From: Candidatus Iainarchaeum sp. | Lineage (GTDB): Archaea > Iainarchaeota > Iainarchaeia > Iainarchaeales > DTGL01 | Length of the DNA stretch: 44,128 bases | Reading direction: 5' to 3' | NCBI GenBank assembly: GCA_043809265.1 | Contig: JAZDDY010000021.1 | Location: 1 to 44,128, forward strand | Shown: one piece after another, positions 9,037-17,597 of the stretch | Position numbering within the stretch: the first letter of the stretch is position 1 | Layout: every line of letters begins with the position of its first letter | Notes under the pieces: model-generated | Seen by the model: only the letters and a program-made list of their open reading frames with translations | Databases searched by the model: none | What the model was told of the DNA's origin: nothing | Program-made: the position numbers and the translations under genes

Positions 9037-11991
9037 TTACCCAAAGACTGCGTCAAGCTGGTCGATGAATTCCTTGGCTGCCGTCACTGTGTCGGTTGCC
9101 ATGAATCCTGCCACAACCCAGTCGCCGTCTTCGGTTGCCTCGACAACATTGTCGCCCGCAGCCGTCAGCTTGTCCGCTAAGGTCAAACCGCCAGCGAATG
9201 TTGCATTTGCAGCGAGCGTGTTGGCAAGGTGTCCGCCGACTATTACGACGCCGAAGTTAGGCGCAGCGTCGTCTGTGTAGACAATCTGCAGACCTATGTT
9301 CTTGAGGTCCTTGACTGTTTTCACGTTCGGTGAGACTTCGACATCAGTTGCTTCGACGTTTCCGCCTGCAGCGCAGGTGCACGATTCGCAAGCTATGTTT
9401 TCAATTATATAGCTTGTGGTGTCAACCAACTGCTCGACTCCTGACTCGAGTGCCGGGTAGTCGCAGCCGTCAGCACAGAACGAGGTTCCGCCTGTGGTGG
9501 TTGTCGTGGTGCCTATACCAGTAACAACAGCCCAAAGCTTTTCCTGGTTCTGCGGCATGCTCGCTTCGAAGTAGCCAGCGGTTGTGCTGAACTTGCTTCC
9601 GAAGTCCGTGTATGCTGCTGCCGTGTAGCTGTCAGGTGAGTCCGGGTGCAATGCCCAACTCTCTGCGGTGTCGTTGTAGTTGACGTCGTTGCCATACCAT
9701 GACAGGTTGGAGTTCTGATATGTCGGGAACGTGTCTTCGGCTGTGTCGATGTAGATCCTTGTGTCCCATGTCCCTGTCGTGCTGTTGTCAACCAATCCGA
9801 ATGTCGCGATATAGTAGCTGTTCACAACGCCGCCGCCGAGATCAAGTTCGTTCGGCAGGTAGTAGGTTGCGTCGACTACGCCGTCTTCGCCTGTGTCCGT
9901 TCCGTACAGCTGTATGTCCTTTGAGTACTGCAGGTCGAAGTTGGTTGTCGCGTCAAGCAACAGCCAGAGGTCGCCGTAGGTTGTTTCGCTGTCCATGAAG
10001 GCGTATTTGTAGACCTTGTTGTTTGTGCTTGAGCCTGTCAACGGTATTGTTGCTCTTCCTGCGACTGTGCGCTTGTTGTTGGCGTCGTCGTAGTACCAGT
10101 ACTTGCTGTTGGTTGTGTCAGCCGCGCTGTAGCCGATGTATGCGCTGTCGGCTATTGACGAGGTCAACTGTTCTGTTGCAACCTGGAAGTATCCGTCCGC
10201 CATGCAGTTGAAGTCCCAAGCTGGGCCTGCATTGTAGGTTGTGCACGTGTAGTTGACTCCGTTCATGTCGATGTTCTTTGTTTCCAGTGTTGCTATCGGT
10301 GTCCACTTGCCCTGGTCTGTTATCAGGTTTCCGTCAACTCCCATTACGGCTATTCCGTTCAGCAGGTCTGTTGTCGCGTCGATCTGGAAGTTTGCGTCAG
10401 TCTCCGCTGTCTTGTAGTAAAAGGTTTGGGTGTCAATGACGAAGGTTCCCTGCGTCGAGTTGTTGCTCAACTGGAAATAGAACGGAACCTTGTGGTCGGT
10501 GTTGTCGCTGTCCGTGTATTCCACGTACGCGCCGTTTCCGATCTTCACTGCTGTCCTGTCCTCGTCTCCTTTCCAGCCGTTGAAGATTACTTCTGCGTAG
10601 CCATAACCTGGCGTGGTTGTGGCTTCGCCTTCAAGGAATACTGCTTTGTTCGCTGCGGTCTTGCCCGCATCTGTCAAAGCCCATGTTTTCCCTGAGTACA
10701 ACGGTGCCGTGTCGCTGGCGTATTTCCAGAGCTTAACGCTGTTGTAGATTGTTATGTCGGTTATGACGTTCGCGTCCGGGCTTGAGCTTGTGCCGGTCGT
10801 GAAAGACGCAATCCAGCGGTCGTTGGTTGTGTCGGTGTCTGTCGCGCTGTAAGGGTATTGTGACGAGTTCTGGATTGTTATGAGGTCAGAGCCTTTTGCT
10901 ATCACAATGTTGCCCGAGCCTGTTGCAGCGTTGAAGTTGACTGCTTTCAGGTAGAGCGATGTGTCCAGTGCGTAGTCGCCCTGTGAGTCAGCAAAGCTCT
11001 GTTCGAGGTAGATGCCCTCTGTTGAGGTGGTTATGTTGTCGACCTCGTTTCCCTCTTCGTCCAACAGGGTGAATTCAGCCTCTGTTGTGCTCCAGACATT
11101 GTCGACTCTCATCGACATTGTCTTGCCTGCGAATTCGCCTGCGCCTGCAAGGCCTTCAATGGTCTCGCTGACGTTGTAGGTCTTTTCGCCGCTTGCCTTG
11201 ACAAGTTTTATCTTGTCGGCAGATGCGAGTGCCCCTCCGCTCCTTGTGGTGTCAACGTCGTACAGCTTGTATTCGTTGCCGAACAGTACTGCGATAACGT
11301 TGTCTGTGTCTGCTGCCACAAAGTCGCTGTTGTCTGTTGTGTCGTTGTCAACAGGCAGCCCCTTGGAGTAGTTCACCCTGTAGTTGAAGTCGCCTACCGA
11401 GTCCATCAACAATACAAGGTCGTCGACTTTCGCGTGGGTGTAGTCCATCTTTGCGTCGGCCTGTATGCCTATGTATTCGGTTATTGTCTGGTTGTAGCTT
11501 GTTCCTTTGTAGCGCCAGCTTTTTGTGTCCTTGTACAGTGTTCCGAGCTGTGACTGGCTTATTTCGGCAAGGAATTCAGCCTGTCCTGCCGCAGAGTCAA
11601 GGTTTGTCGTGTTGTAGGTCTTGCTGGATTCGCTCGAGTAGGTCTGGGTTCCGCCGATTGTGAGGTCAACGTTCAAGCCTGTACAGGCTTTGCTTGTGCC
11701 TTCTCCTGTCGGGCCCTTTCCTTCCTGCCATCCTGCTACTTTGCAAGAAACCTCTGTGTCGTCTGTCGCTAACTGTGCCAGTTTTGCTGCAATGTTGCCT
11801 GCCCACAGGTAGTCTGATGTTGCTGCGTTCTTTCCGACGACAACGTCAAAAGGAGTTTTGTCTCCTTTTAGCACTTGGTCTTTCGTCAGTGCTGCTGCCG
11901 CCATTGGAGCCAGAGCCAAGCCGATCAAGGCTGCGCCGGCACCGATTGCCGCCAGTTTCTTGACGTCCAATCTCTTCATGTTTTGTTTCAC
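9037..11991 (-). CDS. S-layer protein (Methanococcus-type S_layer_N / S_layer_C architecture)
   Basis: Signal peptide (AAIGAGAALIGLALAPMAAA). N-terminal FDVVVGKNAATSDYLWAGNIAAKLAQLA and C-terminal VVIVGGHLANTLAA...VVAGFMATDTVTAAKEF match the conserved ends of archaeal S-layer proteins. T/N/D/Y-rich and K-poor, with more than a dozen N-x-S/T sequons. Strong SD (AGAGGTGA). Confidence 0.8.
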   Translation of the reverse strand: MKQNMKRLDVKKLAAIGAGAALIGLALAPMAAAALTKDQVLKGDKTPFDVVVGKNAATSDYLWAGNIAAKLAQLATDDTEVSCKVAGWQEGKGPTGEGTSKACTGLNVDLTIGGTQTYSSESSKTYNTTNLDSAAGQAEFLAEISQSQLGTLYKDTKSWRYKGTSYNQTITEYIGIQADAKMDYTHAKVDDLVLLMDSVGDFNYRVNYSKGLPVDNDTTDNSDFVAADTDNVIAVLFGNEYKLYDVDTTRSGGALASADKIKLVKASGEKTYNVSETIEGLAGAGEFAGKTMSMRVDNVWSTTEAEFTLLDEEGNEVDNITTSTEGIYLEQSFADSQGDYALDTSLYLKAVNFNAATGSGNIVIAKGSDLITIQNSSQYPYSATDTDTTNDRWIASFTTGTSSSPDANVITDITIYNSVKLWKYASDTAPLYSGKTWALTDAGKTAANKAVFLEGEATTTPGYGYAEVIFNGWKGDEDRTAVKIGNGAYVEYTDSDNTDHKVPFYFQLSNNSTQGTFVIDTQTFYYKTAETDANFQIDATTDLLNGIAVMGVDGNLITDQGKWTPIATLETKNIDMNGVNYTCTTYNAGPAWDFNCMADGYFQVATEQLTSSIADSAYIGYSAADTTNSKYWYYDDANNKRTVAGRATIPLTGSSTNNKVYKYAFMDSETTYGDLWLLLDATTNFDLQYSKDIQLYGTDTGEDGVVDATYYLPNELDLGGGVVNSYYIATFGLVDNSTTGTWDTRIYIDTAEDTFPTYQNSNLSWYGNDVNYNDTAESWALHPDSPDSYTAAAYTDFGSKFSTTAGYFEASMPQNQEKLWAVVTGIGTTTTTTGGTSFCADGCDYPALESGVEQLVDTTSYIIENIACESCTCAAGGNVEATDVEVSPNVKTVKDLKNIGLQIVYTDDAAPNFGVVIVGGHLANTLAANATFAGGLTLADKLTAAGDNVVEATEDGDWVVAGFMATDTVTAAKEFIDQLDAVFG

Positions 11992-12028
11992 CTCTTAGTT
12001 TAAGACTAAAAGCCAAAATTGCCTATAA

Positions 12029-12053
12029 ACAAGTCTCAACGAATGAGACTTGT
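12029..12053 (-). promoter_or_regulatory. Perfect 10-bp stem / 5-nt loop hairpin in the predicted S-layer 5' leader
   Basis: acaagtctca-acgaa-tgagacttgt. It lies between the putative TATA box (12094-12102) and the SD/ATG. Confidence 0.4.
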
Positions 12054-12093
12054 CGGCAATTAAGGCTTAACTATACATCCTTAGGGGTCCTTG

Positions 12094-12102
12094 TTTATAT
12101 AG
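12094..12102 (-). promoter_or_regulatory. Putative TATA box of the S-layer gene
   Basis: The minus strand reads ctatataaa about 100 nt upstream of the ATG, implying a leader of roughly 75-80 nt. Not experimentally supported. Confidence 0.4.
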
Positions 12103-12215
12103 TCTTCGGTTTTTGAACCAAAGGAAACACCCAGGAATGCCCGAATAAGGGCATTTTTACTGTCATTGTAGAAGCTCGTTTCGTTGATTTGCGAAAGCGC
12201 TTTTTTGCGGTTTTT

Positions 12216-12863
12216 TCATTTCTTTTTTTGCTGAAACAGTGTTTTGTTGAATGCTTCTATCTCCTGGCGCCTCATATTCGAGTTTATGAAACTGTTGTAT
12301 TTGAAGACCCACTGGCTTAAATCCATGAAACCTTCCTGCAAATCGAACGCTGTGAACTCCGCCTTTGCAGGCTTGACCACTTCGATCACGCTGGGCGCGT
12401 ACATTAATATAAATCTAATAATTGAATTGAAGTCCCTTGCAGAAAAATTGACTTCCACAAACCCGCTGTAATACTCGCTTTCCTTTTGCTTTTCCGGTTT
12501 GCCGACTTCAATATTGTAAATCACGTAATTTTGGTCCTTTTTGAGCTGTTCCTGGAAGCTTTGGAGGTTTTTCTCCACGACTTTGTCGCTCAAAGCCTGG
12601 TTTTCAATGGATGCAGTGAGCCTTACCTTAAAGGAATCCTGCTCTTCTATGTCCTTCCTGCGCCTGATTTCCTCGGCTATTTCCGCCTTAAGGGCAAAAG
12701 AATCGCCTTTTTGCTCCACCAATCCGAGGGAAACAAGGCCTTTCAGCTCGCGTTCCACCGAAGGAATCGCTTCGCCTGTCATCTTTGAGGCGTCCTGGAT
12801 TGTCTTCCCGCCCTTCAGGAGGGCCGAAGCAATTTTAGTCTGGAGATAACTGAATCGCGCCAA
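12216..12863 (-). CDS. Winged-helix DNA-binding domain protein with an uncharacterised C-terminal alpha/beta domain
   Basis: The N-terminal ~60 aa look like a MarR/ArsR-type wHTH (KTIQDASKMTGEAIPSVERELKGLVSLGLVEQ). TTG start preceded by GGTG-T5. Sits immediately upstream of the S-layer gene on the same strand. Confidence 0.55.
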   Translation of the reverse strand: MARFSYLQTKIASALLKGGKTIQDASKMTGEAIPSVERELKGLVSLGLVEQKGDSFALKAEIAEEIRRRKDIEEQDSFKVRLTASIENQALSDKVVEKNLQSFQEQLKKDQNYVIYNIEVGKPEKQKESEYYSGFVEVNFSARDFNSIIRFILMYAPSVIEVVKPAKAEFTAFDLQEGFMDLSQWVFKYNSFINSNMRRQEIEAFNKTLFQQKKK

Positions 12864-12941
12864 AAAAACACCTTTAAACTACTAAACTCTTGGGATAAAT
12901 GTTAAAAAGGAATGCTGGCCTGAAAAAAACAACAGTTAAAA

Positions 12942-12955
12942 GGATTTCCAAATCC
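12942..12955. promoter_or_regulatory. 14-bp perfect palindrome ggatttccaaatcc in the divergent wHTH / BofA-like spacer
   Basis: Self-complementary sequence ending 9 nt before the ATG at 12965. A possible operator, but it is a single copy. Confidence 0.3.
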
Positions 12956-12964
12956 AATTAGTCA

Positions 12965-13345
12965 ATGGCTTCGTTTTTTCAGGCTGTCCTGGCAGCGGTT
13001 GACATTCCTGGCGCAGCAGACCTGGGCAAAACAGCGGTCGGCGTTGCAGGCCAGGCCGCAGAGAACAGCGCCCAAGCAGCAGGAAGCCAGCTGGCAAGCC
13101 TTGCAGGCAATCCCGCAGTGCTGATTGCAGGAATTTCTTTTGTAATAATAACAATCCTTCTCATTTTGATGCTCAAAAAAATAATAATCAACTCAATCCT
13201 CGGGGTAATCGCCTGGATTATCCTGACCTTTGCGCTTCATATAGAAATGCCTTTCATTCCAAGCCTTGTATTGAGCATTGTTTTCGGCCTGGCAGGGATA
13301 GGCTCAATTTTGGTGCTCAAGTTCCTGGGTGTGCCATTGGCATAA
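12965..13345 (+). CDS. Small membrane protein, BofA-like (pro-sigmaK processing inhibitor family resemblance)
   Basis: A/G-rich N-terminal part followed by three hydrophobic segments. KKIIINSILGVIAWIIL...GLAGIGSILVLKFLG resembles BofA-family proteins. Confidence 0.45.
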   Translation: MASFFQAVLAAVDIPGAADLGKTAVGVAGQAAENSAQAAGSQLASLAGNPAVLIAGISFVIITILLILMLKKIIINSILGVIAWIILTFALHIEMPFIPSLVLSIVFGLAGIGSILVLKFLGVPLA

Positions 13346-13351
13346 AACGCG

Positions 13352-14395
13352 TTATTTGGCCTTTTTCCGCATTCTGCCGCCTTTTGGGCTGTTTTGCGCT
13401 ATAATGCCTGTTTTGGCGCCGCAGAAAACGCATTTTCCCTTTTCATCCAAACCGGAAACAAGGATGGAGTAGCCCTGCCTTTCAATCAAGAGCTTGCCGC
13501 AGTCAGGGCAGAAAGTGTTCTGTTCATGCCCAAAATTGCCCAAATAAACGTAAGCAAGGCCTTTTTCCTTGGCAATCCTGTAAGCCAGCTCCATTGCTTT
13601 TGCCGGCGTTACAGGCAAATCCTGCATTTTATAGTGCGGAAAGAACCTGGAAAAGTGCAAAGGCATTCTTTTGTCAATCGAAGCGATAAAATCAACGATT
13701 TCCATTATCTGCGCGTCTTTATCGTTGAAGCCAGGCACGATAAGGTTGGTCACTTCGACATGCACGCCTTTCTTGTGGAACAATCGGATGGATTCTTTCA
13801 CCCTTTCCATTTCCGCATTCCCGCACATTTCCCTGTAAAAAAGGCCATCGCCCTTCAAATCGATGTTTATTGCATCCAGATTCTTCGCAATTTTCCCAAC
13901 GGCTTCTTTCGACATGTAGCCGTTGCTTACCCACGCATTGTAAAGGCCTTTTTTCTTCGCGATTTTCATTGTGTCAAGCGCATACTCGGCAAAAATCGTC
14001 GGCTCCACATAAGTGTAGGAGATTCCAGCCACATTTTCTTTCAGGGAGCGCTCCACAAGCTCTTCGGGCTGCGTGTCAGGCGCAACTTCAATCATTTTTT
14101 CAGTGAAATCCTGCGAAATATCGTGGTTCTGGCAGAACTTGCATGAAAAATTGCAGCCGTAAGTCGAAATGCTTGTGCAGAACGAGCCTGGCATGAAATT
14201 GTAAAAAGGCTTTTTCTCTATCGGGTCAACTGTCAATGTGAGGGCTTTGCCGTAAACAAGCGAATACAGTTTTCCGCCAATATTTTTCCTGGCCCTGCAA
14301 AAGCCGGTGCTTCCGTCCGCGATGCTGCAGCGCCTGCCGCAAAGGAAACAATTTGCAAGGTTTCCTTTCCTTGAATAGAACGATGCTTCCTTCAT
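13352..14395 (-). CDS. amrS: AmmeMemoRadiSam-system radical SAM enzyme (AmrS / PFL-activase-like)
   Basis: N-terminal CFLCGRRC...GFCRAR. Radical SAM CNFSCKFCQN (CxxxCxxC). C-terminal zinc-ribbon-like CPDCG...CVFCG. Confidence 0.8.
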   Translation of the reverse strand: MKEASFYSRKGNLANCFLCGRRCSIADGSTGFCRARKNIGGKLYSLVYGKALTLTVDPIEKKPFYNFMPGSFCTSISTYGCNFSCKFCQNHDISQDFTEKMIEVAPDTQPEELVERSLKENVAGISYTYVEPTIFAEYALDTMKIAKKKGLYNAWVSNGYMSKEAVGKIAKNLDAINIDLKGDGLFYREMCGNAEMERVKESIRLFHKKGVHVEVTNLIVPGFNDKDAQIMEIVDFIASIDKRMPLHFSRFFPHYKMQDLPVTPAKAMELAYRIAKEKGLAYVYLGNFGHEQNTFCPDCGKLLIERQGYSILVSGLDEKGKCVFCGAKTGIIAQNSPKGGRMRKKAK

Positions 14396-14456
14396 GGAAT
14401 CCCTTTAAACCTTTCCAATAATACTAATGTTTAAAACTTAAAATAATGGTGTTTTT

Positions 14457-15725
14457 TTGCAAACTGACTGCGACCTGCACTTGCACGGCTATTTTTCAGG
14501 CGGCGTTAGCAAGAACATGATGATACAGACGCTTGGCTCGCAGGCAAAACTGAAAGGATTGCACCTGATGGCCACAGGAGACATCCTCAACAAGGACTGG
14601 CTTCAGCAGGCGAAAGCCTCGCTCTTTGAGGAAAACGGCTGCTTTTTGGAAAAAGAATCGCGGACAGCCTTTGTGCTGCAGACAGAAGTGAACGATTCCG
14701 ACCGCGTGCACCACATCGTTTTCCTCCCTGATTTCAATGCAGTCGATAAATTGCGCGCTTCACTTGGAAAATTCGGAAAACTGGACGGCTTGGGCTACGG
14801 AAGGCCGACCCTGAAGGCGAATGCCGAGGCAATTGCGGAAAAAGTCAAGGAGGCAGGCGGCTTGATGGGGCCTGCGCACGCATTCACCCCCTACTTTTCG
14901 GTCTACTCGCATTTCAATTCAGTGGAAGAATGCTATAAATCGATGGCCGGGGAAGTTGATTTCATCGAACTCGGCCTTTCGGCAGACTCGTATTTGGCCG
15001 ACCTAATGCAGGAAAACCACAAATTCCATTTTTTGTGCTGTTCGGATTCGCATTCCCCTTGGCCGCACCGCATCGGAAGGGAATTCACAAGGATTGAAAT
15101 GAAAAAGCCTTACTTCGAAGGCCTCAAAAAAGCGTTCAAGGAAAAAAAGCCAGGAGTGTTCCTGCTCAACGCGGGATTGGACCCGCGCGAAGGCAAATAC
15201 CATTGCACCGCGTGCACGCAATGCTTCCAGAAATATTCCATGGATGATTCTGCGAAAATGAAATGGAAATGCCCGCGGTGCGGGAGCCGCATCAAAAAAG
15301 GCGTGAGGGACAGGATTCTTGAGCTTGCGAAGTTCAAGGAAGAAATCCATCCCGAATTCAGGCCGCCTTACATGCACAGCATTCCATTGGCTGAAATAAT
15401 CTGCAGTGCGATTGAAGTTGAAAACCCGCAGTCGCCGAAAGTACAGGCTTTATGGCTGAAATTCGTGCAGTCCTTCGGCTCCGAAATCAAAGTGCTTGTG
15501 GACGCCCCGGTCGTGGAGCTGGCGGAGATAGATGAAAAAATTGCCTTGAAGGTGGAGGCTTTCAGGAAAGGCTTTGTGCACTATATCGGCGGTGGCGGCG
15601 GCGATTACGGCAAGCCCATAATCTGCGATTCAATCGAAGACTTCGAGAAAAAAAGAATCGAATTGAAAGACTGCTTAGACTGCAACACTTCGTTCAAGGG
15701 GCAGAAAACGCTGGGAGAATACTAA
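14457..15725 (+). CDS. endoQ: Endonuclease Q-like PHP-domain protein (TIGR00375 family)
   Basis: DLHLHGYFSGGVSKNM...KLKGLHLMATGD N-terminus (PHP metal site). Internal Zn finger CTACTQC...CPRCG. About 420 aa, as in characterised EndoQ. TTG start after GGTG-T5. Confidence 0.75.
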   Translation: MQTDCDLHLHGYFSGGVSKNMMIQTLGSQAKLKGLHLMATGDILNKDWLQQAKASLFEENGCFLEKESRTAFVLQTEVNDSDRVHHIVFLPDFNAVDKLRASLGKFGKLDGLGYGRPTLKANAEAIAEKVKEAGGLMGPAHAFTPYFSVYSHFNSVEECYKSMAGEVDFIELGLSADSYLADLMQENHKFHFLCCSDSHSPWPHRIGREFTRIEMKKPYFEGLKKAFKEKKPGVFLLNAGLDPREGKYHCTACTQCFQKYSMDDSAKMKWKCPRCGSRIKKGVRDRILELAKFKEEIHPEFRPPYMHSIPLAEIICSAIEVENPQSPKVQALWLKFVQSFGSEIKVLVDAPVVELAEIDEKIALKVEAFRKGFVHYIGGGGGDYGKPIICDSIEDFEKKRIELKDCLDCNTSFKGQKTLGEY

Positions 15726-15770
15726 ATCCGCACCGCGCACACGCAGAAGACGCTTGGCGAATATTAAAAA

Positions 15771-16550
15771 TCAGCGCACGTAGCTCAGCCTGTCTTCCGG
15801 ATGTTCTTCTTCTTTTCTTTCTTCCAACTGCTTGTTTAAGGTGGCGAAGGCTTTTTCGATGTTTTTGGATTCCTTTTCAATGTTTTTCATGTCCACCTTA
15901 AAGCCGAACAATTTAACGACAAGCTCGAGCACTTTTTTTGCGGCGCCGTGGTCCCCGTAGACCAGCCTTGCGTTTGTTTCACCCATAATGCAGGCGCCTT
16001 CGATGCCCTGCTCTTTTGCAAGGCCAGGCAAAAGCCCTGCTGCGCCTGAAATCAGGCCGCCGTAGGAATCGACTGTGGCGCCGAGCTTTGTGAATTCTGC
16101 GACCATTTCTTTTTTTGTCACTGCAACAACGACTTTGGGCTCCTGTTCCATGCGCTTGTCGCCGATATTTATGCCTGCAAGCGAGTAAATCTTTTTAACA
16201 CCCAGCGATTTCATGGTTGAAACGATTTTTTGCGCGAACTCGTAGTGGTCCTGCGATGAAGACAATCTTATGTCGAGCGACGGCTGGACCGGCCCGGCCA
16301 AAAAAAGGAAAGAGCGGCCTTTGGATTCAAACAAAAACAATTCGTCGTGGATCAAGTCCATTATGCCTTTTTCTGTGTGCACGCTCGGCGGAAAGGAATC
16401 AGAGTAAATGTCCGCGATTTTTTCAGGCTTGCACTGCTTTAACAGGTAATCGACGACGATTTTGCCGACAAGCCCTATTCCCGGAAGGCCGCTGACCAGC
16501 ACCGCATCCTTCAGCTTGGGCTTTTTTATGAATTCAATCCTTGTGACCAT
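15771..16550 (-). CDS. Proteasome assembly chaperone family protein (PAC2 / PbaA-PbaB-like, COG1938)
   Basis: LVSGLPGIGLVGKIVVDYL N-terminal motif and overall size. Sits 9 nt downstream of aIF2-alpha. Confidence 0.75.
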   Translation of the reverse strand: MVTRIEFIKKPKLKDAVLVSGLPGIGLVGKIVVDYLLKQCKPEKIADIYSDSFPPSVHTEKGIMDLIHDELFLFESKGRSFLFLAGPVQPSLDIRLSSSQDHYEFAQKIVSTMKSLGVKKIYSLAGINIGDKRMEQEPKVVVAVTKKEMVAEFTKLGATVDSYGGLISGAAGLLPGLAKEQGIEGACIMGETNARLVYGDHGAAKKVLELVVKLFGFKVDMKNIEKESKNIEKAFATLNKQLEERKEEEHPEDRLSYVR

Positions 16551-16559
16551 CTTACCACT

Positions 16560-17330
16560 TCATTCTTCTTTTGCGAATTCGGCTTTGCCTTTCCCTTTTT
16601 CTATTTCCCCTATGATTGTGTCCTTTACCGCATTCATGTCCCTTTCTGCTGTCTTGAAATCCATTGCAGTAGAGATAAGTTCGTAATGGCCGCCGCCCTT
16701 GTAGTGCGCCTCGACTTTTGCGTCTTTAGCTTTCGGCAGGCCTTCCTTGAACGCCTTCCTGATTTTTTCAACGGCATCAGGCGCCTCGCTTTGGATTGTC
16801 ATTGTGCCCCTCAAAACCTTGAAGGGAACTTTAACGTTTTTCCCGACAAGTTCGACAAGCGGCGCCACCCATTTTTCCGGAACGCCTTCGGCTTCGGCTC
16901 CGCCTTTTGCCGCGATTTTCTGGAATGCGTCGAACAATGACTCGTGCCTTTCAAGCAAAGGCTCTGCGACGGCCTTCCAGGTTTCATCAAATGTCTTTTT
17001 CTGGTTTTTTGCCAGGATCTCGACCATTTTTTTGGAGCGCTTGAACTGCTTCCATGACTCGAGCTTCTGCCTTGCAGCCTGCTGCGAAACCTTTATCAGC
17101 GAGAGGTCAATCTGGTTTTTGCCCCTGTCGACAGAAAGGACCTGTGCGACGCGAGTCTCGTTTTCTTTCACATAGTTCCTTATGTTTTTGACCCAGCGCG
17201 ATGCGACCTGTGAAATGTGGATGAAGCCGGTCTTGTTGCCGTATTCTATCAATTCGACAAACGCACCGTAAGCGAGCACTTTTGAAACCCGCACGACCAC
17301 AATTTCTCCTGATTCGGGCTCTTCCACCAT
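16560..17330 (-). CDS. eif2a: Translation initiation factor aIF2 alpha subunit
   Basis: S1 domain (GEIVVVRVSKVLAYGAFVELIEY...GFIHISQVA..WVKNIRNYVK) followed by the helical and alpha-beta domains. Confidence 0.9.
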   Translation of the reverse strand: MVEEPESGEIVVVRVSKVLAYGAFVELIEYGNKTGFIHISQVASRWVKNIRNYVKENETRVAQVLSVDRGKNQIDLSLIKVSQQAARQKLESWKQFKRSKKMVEILAKNQKKTFDETWKAVAEPLLERHESLFDAFQKIAAKGGAEAEGVPEKWVAPLVELVGKNVKVPFKVLRGTMTIQSEAPDAVEKIRKAFKEGLPKAKDAKVEAHYKGGGHYELISTAMDFKTAERDMNAVKDTIIGEIEKGKGKAEFAKEE

Positions 17331-17372
17331 TCAAACCAATCCTTTTGCCTCAAAAAAATCCGCATATTCCGC

Positions 17373-17576
17373 TTATTCGATTTTGCTTACTTCTTTGGCC
17401 TTGAATCTTGCCTTGTGGCCAGTGCTTTCAGCCAGCACATGGTTGCAGACAAGGCACTTGACCGCCATTGCGGGCACTGAAAAAACAACCTGTTCGTTGC
17501 CGCAGCCCTCGCATTTCACCTTCACAAAGCAGTTTTTAGGCCCCCTGTTAAGGTCTGTTTCCCTGATAATTGCCAT
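17373..17576 (-). CDS. rps27e: 30S ribosomal protein S27e
   Basis: 67 aa with a C4 zinc ribbon (CEGCGNEQ...CLVCNHVL). Confidence 0.9.
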   Translation of the reverse strand: MAIIRETDLNRGPKNCFVKVKCEGCGNEQVVFSVPAMAVKCLVCNHVLAESTGHKARFKAKEVSKIE

Positions 17577-17597
17577 GCAATGCCTCCTTTAAAACCA

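Noticed and set aside
16545-16560. A C-terminal HbYX proteasome-docking motif on the PAC2-like protein.
   Set aside because: The protein ends ..LSYVR, with the Tyr at the third-from-last rather than the penultimate position, so the canonical motif is not present.
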